From the NCBI GenBank assembly GCA_004764695.1, contig SMSO01000007.1, positions 1,054,001-1,118,000 on the forward strand: 64,000 nucleotides of DNA, in the 5' to 3' direction. Shown here in pieces: positions 57,401-64,000 of the stretch. Below the pieces are notes generated by a model. The model did no database searches. It had not been told where the DNA came from and saw only the letters and a list, made by a program, of their open reading frames with translations. The translations under genes were made by a program, and so were the position numbers. Position 1 is the first letter of the stretch. Every line of letters starts with the position of its first letter. This DNA comes from Schizochytrium sp. TIO01 (lineage: Eukaryota; Protista; Bigyra: Labyrinthulomycetes).

Positions 57401-59231
57401 TCTTCTCAAGGTTACACCCTGTTCGGGTTTACCATCAAGGCTTCGTCAAGGTGAACTATCGCAATCCTTCAATCTTGCAGTGCAGAAGATCATTGAGGAA
57501 GGAGAAAGCTCGATGCAACAAAATGAATCAGTTCAAGGTAGTAACACCACTACTGAGATCTTCCAAGAACAAACAATTGTTACTACTAGAACTTATATGC
57601 GCCAAGTTTCTCATTCAAAGGAAGGTGAAGCAGATGGAAACAGAGGTATTACACATGAGCGTAGTGCAAACATCAGTATCGGGTCAGTCAACCCGAATGA
57701 AGACATTCATTCTGCCACGTTAGATACTAATAAAGCTGTGCCTATGATTAGTACAAGTATCAATCAGCCAGAGAGTGGAGATATAGGTCCACAGCTGGAC
57801 ACCCCTCAACAAGATGACGAGCATGTTCAGAATGTGGATGAGTCTGAGCTCAATATTATCGATAACCTTCAAACTACTATCGATGGAGAAGCCAGCGATA
57901 TTCAAGATGATAATCCGACTAGTACGCGTGAATGGGTGCTTAAGTTGAATCCAGAACTGTTTGATGCAGTGAGACAAGCGCCTAAGAGTGGAACAGGTCG
58001 TATCAAATGGCCATTTGTTTATGCCCAGTGGAGACGCATAGGGCTTCCAGTCCACATGAATACTAGCGTATATCACTCCTATAACAATTCTCTTAAGTTT
58101 AAACGCAAGAGAGATGCTCAAAAAAATAAAAATAGTCTGCGAAACGCCGTGATTCGCGCAGACAGTGATTCTAGGATCCACGAAAATATGTCTTGCTCAA
58201 TCCACAGAGAAGAAACACTCAGAATTAACAACTCGACTGATTTGGAGGAGGGATTGGAACCTCTAGTAGCTCTTTCTAACATAGTTCCTCCCGCTCCTGA
58301 TAATGAAATTGATAATAGTTTGATTTCTCAAAATACAAATAAGAAGATAAATGCGCCTGTACCACCTGGAAAAAGAAGAAAACTCAGGAAAACAGCTTCG
58401 GCATCTTCTAGTAGTAGCGAAAAGGAAGATAGTACACAGGATCAACCACCTTCTCAACCTCAGAGAAATTTACATACAGAAAAGCCTGGTTATCAAAATC
58501 TATCAATTCCAGAAAATGCTATAACTTCACAGATTTTGGGCCAGGTGCAGCAACAAAAAAGCAATAGTGTGAATATAAATGAGAGGGAAGATCTTGCTTC
58601 TCTCCAAAGTCTAGATGTGAGCGATGCGGATAATGAAAGAAATGGAAATGAAGATGTACAGGATGCTGATTTGAACAAAAATATACTTAGAAGGTCTCGA
58701 AGATTGTATGTATTAAGTTCAAAAGAAGACAGAACCTCTGCTACTCCCAAATCAGACGTGATTGAAAATCAAGAGCGTCGTATCGCCAGCACAAGCTCTG
58801 CACAAGGTACAAGAGATGGCGGCGACGTACAGAAGCACAAGCAGCAAATTGTTAAAACCTGTTGTACGCTTGGTGCTAAAGTGAAAAAGCTTTCTCAACA
58901 ACTAACTTTGGAGAGCATTGCACGCTGCGAAACGGAACTCCAAACACAAGCAAGCGCAACCAGTACTACACGTCAGTTCCTTCAATTTACGGAGGATGAA
59001 GATCAGCTCATAAAACATATCTGGGGTTGCGAACAAATTTTGATACGGCCCCAACAAGGGAGAAATACCACTATTAAATGGGGACCTTTTCAAAAACGTT
59101 GGTTATATTTAGTTGCTGTTCTAAAGCTCAGCAAAGAAGGTGACAATTACAATGTTTGTAACCGCGAGCAGTTGAGACAGCGCATGAAGTACATCAATCC
59201 AAATCCAAAACAACGAAAAAGAAGAAAATAA
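54480..59231 (+). mobile_element. DDE transposase, Dada-superfamily-like (1583 aa)
   Basis: CPTC..YKC..C zinc finger; KIAADHHH (first D), MNERQQI, CLDKCC (second D), ILDNAHLISRY (DxxH), RGTNQLENFWRHL (E); C-terminal Trp-spaced Myb-like helical repeats and a basic NLS-like end. Element ends not resolved. Confidence 0.68.
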
Positions 59232-59252
59232 AGAAAAGAAAGAAAGAAAGAG

Positions 59253-59307
<55 letters not shown>

Positions 59308-59308
59308 A
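59231..59308 (+). repeat. (AAAG)n microsatellite
   Basis: Read directly from the sequence. Confidence 0.95.
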
Positions 59309-59594
59309 CCTTGCCAATCTCAGCCAATGAACCTATCTCTCATGGTACCCTATATACTTCTAGAAAACGAAAAGTCGATTTTTTAAATTAAAAACTTTTT
59401 CAGGGTTTTTCTTTTTGGGCGTCTTTTATGAAGAAATTTGGCCATTCCAAGGCTCAAATCGGGCGGGGCGGCGCTGCGCGGCCAAAAAGTTTACCTACTT
59501 TCTCCCTCCAGGGAGAAAATTAAAAGAAAATAAAAAGAAATGTTTAATTTAAAAATTTACCTACTTTTGCCCAATCTAAGTACCCTACCTAGCG

Positions 59595-60115
59595 GTACCC
59601 AACTACGTAAACTACTTAGGTAGTGTACCAGCAGTACTACAAACACCAAGCACTAAAAAGAAAGAAAGAAAAAGCTTGGTCCTGACTATTACGATAGCTT
59701 TCCCTCGTGGATGATTCCACAAACGTACTCTAAAGATTGAAGGTTCTTGCATCCCTCGAGTGCCTTTGCGACGGCCTTTGCGCCCTCCGAGCCAATGTTG
59801 TTCCAACCAAGACTGTGAGTAAAAATGAATAAGTTTGTTTTGTTCATTCGTTGTCAGGATAGACAGCTCCAGTCAGTTGATCCTGTTTTGTTTTGTCTTT
59901 CTGCACAATAAAAAGCAATCACTTCTTCTTCTGCTGTTGTGCTGCCTATCAAATTATATAGATTTCCTTTTGCGCGTCCTTGTTTTCTTTCTAAAAAAGA
60001 AAAGAGTTCTTTGCCTTTCTAAAGTACCCAACTACGTAAACTACTTAGGTAGTGTACCAGCAGTGCTTTCGTTTTGATTCCTTTCCCCTACTACAAACAC
60101 CAACCACAAGAAAGA
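59595..60115 (-). other. Isolated LRR exon cassette (84-nt exon 59812-59729 with flanking intron), homologous to the 25.1-26.0 kb units
   Basis: CTCACAG|T CTT GGT TGG AAC AAC ATT...TTA GA|GTACGT encodes LGWNNIGSEGAKAVAKALEGCKNLQSL; the intron flanks align to 25210-25591. Confidence 0.92.
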
Positions 60116-60138
60116 AAGAAAGAAAGAAAGAAAACTTA

Positions 60139-60726
60139 TTAAAGATGGAAGTGCTTAGGTTTATTACTATGTAGATGCTTAGCATGACTTCTCATGTAAG
60201 TAGTTCTAGACGACTGGGAACCCCCGAGGTTCTTCCTCGCTTTGTAAATCAAAACCCCTGAGCCAGCGACCGCCCCGCCTCCAAGCAAGACGCCAGTTGT
60301 GACAAGTGCTATCCCCGCACCTTCTCCTCCCTTGTCGCCTACTTGGTTGTTGGCCGCTCGTGAAATAGAGGCGGCTCTGCCTGGAGAAAGGGCGTTTGGG
60401 TCATCCAGGATCCTTTCTAAGCCGGTCACTCCCTCGCCTTCTGCTACAAGATCTATGTAGCTCTGAACAGTCGTGTCATTCGAGGTATCCTGCAATGCAT
60501 TGTAAATAAAAGTAGCGTTCTGGACCGCAAGAGGTCTCGTGGAGTTAGCAATGAGCGTCTGAAGCTTGGTGATTGTGTAAATACAATCGGTCTGGTCAGC
60601 CCAGAAGATTGGTTGATCATCTCCGTAATCGGTATTAGCAGGCCAAGGCCACGCTGTTGTTGAAGTCACAGCCCCAGTGGTGGTGGTGGTTGCAGCTGTT
60701 GCAGCAGTAGTGGTTGTGCTAGACAT
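60139..60726 (-). CDS. Hypothetical Thr-rich protein with a C-terminal TM
   Basis: 195 aa; Thr-rich N-terminus and a Gly-rich hydrophobic helix. Confidence 0.7.
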   Translation of the reverse strand: MSSTTTTAATAATTTTTGAVTSTTAWPWPANTDYGDDQPIFWADQTDCIYTITKLQTLIANSTRPLAVQNATFIYNALQDTSNDTTVQSYIDLVAEGEGVTGLERILDDPNALSPGRAASISRAANNQVGDKGGEGAGIALVTTGVLLGGGAVAGSGVLIYKARKNLGGSQSSRTTYMRSHAKHLHSNKPKHFHL

Positions 60727-60968
60727 TGGAAAATGTTTATTTCTGTTACTACTACTTCTTTTTCTTCTTCTTCTCTAGAATGTGGATACGAAAAAAAAGT
60801 TGGCCTAACCAAATTGTAAAAGGGTCTTGTACCAATTTATATTATCTCCGTTTAAAAGGGAAGACCCCTGTTAGAACAACAAAGGCATTTTGGGTCGTTA
60901 CCTGTAGCCAGCCAGAGTCAGAGAGACACCAATAGTAAAAGGGAGAGAAATCTAACCTCACCAAAAAA

Positions 60969-62922
60969 ATGATTAACGCGGAGCAGAAATTAAGGCTCGG
61001 GATTGTGATTTTGATCATTAGCATCTTGGTGGTTCTCGCACTAACTTCTTCAGGTGCCTCAATGATCGCTCGTGCTAATTCTTACCTTGATGCGAATGAT
61101 ATTGGTTACCAGACAGGAAATGATGAAGATCCCGATGCGGAAAATGATGATGACGCGGATACAAGTACCTCCACGACTTCTGTGGAAGGTGGTGATACTG
61201 GGAGCACAACGGCTTCTTCCAGTGGGACCAGTTCTTCAGAAACAACCTATGATCCTAATCTAAGGGCGTGCCCCACAACAGAAAATGTGGTGCGCCGCCG
61301 ACGGATGATAACATTTGGGGAGGTATGAAATTAAATAGCATGCCACAGGATAAAGACATTTCTGGGGGTCCTACAGTCAACGGCGCTCTTACTGCAAATG
61401 TGGGAGAGTTCATGGGTGTGCGCAGCAAGGGAGCAGAACCCTTTTTTCCTGATTGGGAGTTTGGATAGTACATAAACGAAGGCCAAGTTTCCATTGATCG
61501 CGCAAACGCCAAGACCTTTCGTATCAATATCTTCTGCGCCAGTTATAATGACGACAAGTTCCCTATCCCCACTGACGAATTCAAAGCGGCTTATTTGAAC
61601 TTCTGGAAAGTCGCAGGTGCTGGTTTTATCACCCCTGAATGGGGCAAGCTAGATGTTTTTGATTTTGATTCCAGCCACCCTGCTGATCACCACGATTCTG
61701 CTTCGAAGATCATCAGTGCGGTAGCGAAAAAGTATCCTGACTGGTGGCCGCAGGTCAAGGCAAAGACGCTTCCCGAGGAGGCCTGCTTGATCATGATGAG
61801 CTACCGTAAGTACGGCTCTGGAGGGCAGTACCTTGGCGTTTATTCAAGAGTGAAGGGACCTATCGATTCCACTTCTCTGCACGAACTGGGCCACCGCTCA
61901 GGCGGTCACTCTTACATGCTTGGATGGGACACCAAGAAGAAGATCTATACAATGCCTGGTACTCTTTCGAATGACGGCATGTGCATGATGAGCTACACGA
62001 CGCGCTACATGGACCTCTACGCTCCTCCCTGGTACCACCGCAACGGCTGGTTCAGAGCAGAGCCTGGGTCTTATCGTTACATTCAGAACGGTGCGACGTA
62101 CAAGATGAATATGTTTCACCAGTGGAAGGCCGATGGGCGCGTGCACTGCTTGGTGGCTCTAAGCCCGTTCACTGGGGAGTATGTGTTTTACAAGATTAGT
62201 ATGATTGGCTGGTCCAAGCCAGGCATTGAGACAACTTTATGGCTGGCTGGCCGGACCAAGAATGGCAAAACTCGCATTCCACCTGCGGATATTCCTGACA
62301 TCGAGACGAATAATCTTATGAAAGGTTCTAACAACGATGGTTTCATTCGCTGGGTGGCCTACCCGGCCGCTTGGGTCTCGACGGGTGGCAATGATATGGA
62401 GCTCCGTGCCTGCCGCGACCCAATTACAGGCGGAGGAGAGGACTGGATAGATCCTAACACTGGCCTGCGCTTTGTGGTGAGCAATGTCGTGAAGGACTGG
62501 GAGAATTACCAGTGTGACGTGACAGTAACCTACGATGCTTCTTACTTGAAGCGTACCCTACCTCCTCAGATTACCAAGATTGCGACTGGAGTTTACAAGC
62601 ACCAGAAGGGCAGTGATTTGTATGACGACAGCAAGGGTTCCGTAACGGATAACAGTTCCACTTTGCTCATTGTTACCTTCAAAAATCCCAATCCAGGCAG
62701 CACGCGCCCATTCATTTGCAATGCCAAGAGAAGAGCTGCTTTACACAAGGAGGAATGGGCTTAGGAGGGCCAAACAACCAGAAATGCATCTTGCTTGGAG
62801 GGACTTCACAGGATTTCTACTTCCAGGCAAAGAAAGGAACCTTGGCAGGCAAAGAAGACGTTGCTGTTATTTGTCTAGGTGAGACCTATACTCGCAAAAT
62901 CAAGTTCACGCACCACAAGTAA
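60969..62922 (+). pseudogene. Disrupted membrane-anchored metzincin-like metalloprotease (M11/gametolysin-like)
   Basis: N-terminal TM (60969 ORF); frameshift near 61283 in an A-run; in-frame TAG at 61466-61468; SLHELGHRSGGHS plus a possible Met-turn MCMMSY; second frameshift near 62720. Confidence 0.65.
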
Positions 62923-62991
62923 TCAAAGTGAGTCGAAGAAAAAGAAAAAGGGAAACATGATTTAGACGTAAGCAATAAACACCAAAAAAAC

Positions 62992-63056
62992 CATTCATTC
63001 ATTCATTCATTCATTCATTCATTCATTCATTCATTCATTCATTCATTCATTCATTC
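62992..63056 (+). repeat. (CATT)n microsatellite
   Basis: Read directly from the sequence. Confidence 0.95.
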
Positions 63057-63092
63057 TCCTTAACCACTGGCCGGCCCTCTTGAACTGATTAT

Positions 63093-64000
63093 TTATCCTC
63101 TTCTGCTTCGCGCATCTTCCCAGTGGGATTCTGTTTCGGTTGCTTTCCATTGGAGGTTCTCGTAGAACTGATCTCTATCCTTCACAAACACGAAGGTAAA
63201 GAAATCGGTGAAACCATCAATCCTTTTCTCGGCTTTTGTACCCTCTTTCACGTAAAAGGCAACCGTATCACAATCAATGGGTTCAAACCCAGTGATTTTG
63301 ACCCAAGTTCTCATTCGAGTTTCCCCAGCGCGGTCAGTAGCAGTAACGTTCTCATTGGGACTGTAGTCGGGCGCAGGCGAGATCATGATCTGAGGAAACT
63401 TACCTCTGGCGTACCCGTACTGATAACGTCGACCGTCGTACATGCGATGCATCGCCGTCGACAAGGCTAAGCGATTATTGTCGTCGTCCTCGATGTGCGC
63501 ATCCTCCACAGCCGACTTATGAACTAGGTGTGCACAATCCGCCGCCCCCCTTCGAAGGAAGAATGAGGCCTCAATCGATTGGAACATGGCTAAGTCCGAA
63601 TCAGGTTCCACAGCGGTGTACACTGTGCTATCGCTGTCACCACAACGCGCAGAGCCTGGCTCATCATCCGAATGATAGTCCGTGCTGTAAATGCTCTGGA
63701 TATTGTCGACATAAACGACTTCAGGGGAAATCAGATCAACGTTGTCATTATTGTATCCGAGACTATTCGACAAGATCTCGTTGCAAAACATAGCAGCATC
63801 TCGAACGCTAGTGAAGATAATCTCGAAGGTCAAGTCCATGGGTGGGTTGTCTCCTTCGTACCGAATAGCTCTTCTATGCGGTGGAACGTCCGTATCTTCG
63901 ATTACCTCCACAGACCCAGCGTTGTTGGCTGCCGTCATGTACACGAAGCGACGCAAGCCTTTGGCATTCTTACTATCGTTGAGGGTACCACAAACCTTGA
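63093..64000 (-). CDS. Crinkler-type HNH-like effector, 5'-partial; paralog of 42768-44201
   Basis: DSDLAMFQSIE..ADCAHLVHK..DDDNNRLALSTAMHRMYDG..FTFVFVKDRDQFYENLQWKA; the frame is open to the window end (KVCGTLNDSKNAKGLRRFVY aligns with EVTGWINGSKYSTGVRQSVY). Confidence 0.75.
   Translation of the reverse strand, partial: KVCGTLNDSKNAKGLRRFVYMTAANNAGSVEVIEDTDVPPHRRAIRYEGDNPPMDLTFEIIFTSVRDAAMFCNEILSNSLGYNNDNVDLISPEVVYVDNIQSIYSTDYHSDDEPGSARCGDSDSTVYTAVEPDSDLAMFQSIEASFFLRRGAADCAHLVHKSAVEDAHIEDDDNNRLALSTAMHRMYDGRRYQYGYARGKFPQIMISPAPDYSPNENVTATDRAGETRMRTWVKITGFEPIDCDTVAFYVKEGTKAEKRIDGFTDFFTFVFVKDRDQFYENLQWKATETESHWEDARSRRG

Noticed and set aside
26029-59594. A single clean giant transposon with TIRs or a TSD spanning the whole insert
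   Set aside because: No terminal inverted repeats or matching TSD found at 26028 and 59595, and the two intron ends overlap in repeat-unit coordinates. The block is kept only as an unresolved insertion.

Overview
Eukaryotic DNA: spliceosomal GT-AG introns with CTAAC branch points, long microsatellites and tandem tRNA genes. The overall style resembles a thraustochytrid/stramenopile protist, which is an inference only. 1-13.3 kb holds tandem tRNA-Val(TAC) genes, a bacterial-type Fe-S L-serine dehydratase with a likely mitochondrial presequence, and a cytochrome P450. 14-26 kb is a cluster invisible in the ORF track, in which ribonuclease-inhibitor-type leucine-rich repeats (LRRs) are encoded one repeat per mostly 84-nt, phase-2/phase-2 exon. 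It contains an intact-looking LRR-RING-RING2 gene, a decaying 8-exon LRR array, and an LRR-kinase-RING-RING2 gene whose LRR exons sit in tandem ~466-bp intron+exon units that vary mainly at predicted ligand-binding positions. A third intact unit of that cassette lies 34 kb away (59.6-60.1 kb). Between and beyond these units is a dense, intronless, partly decayed giant-virus-like segment (WLM-like peptidase, MSV199/KilA-like proteins, many small membrane ORFans). It also carries Crinkler-type nuclease/kinase effectors, a non-canonical Fic, a 6x102-bp palindromic array and a Dada-like DDE transposase whose 3' flank abuts the LRR intron repeat. All family assignments are from motif recognition by eye; no searches were run.
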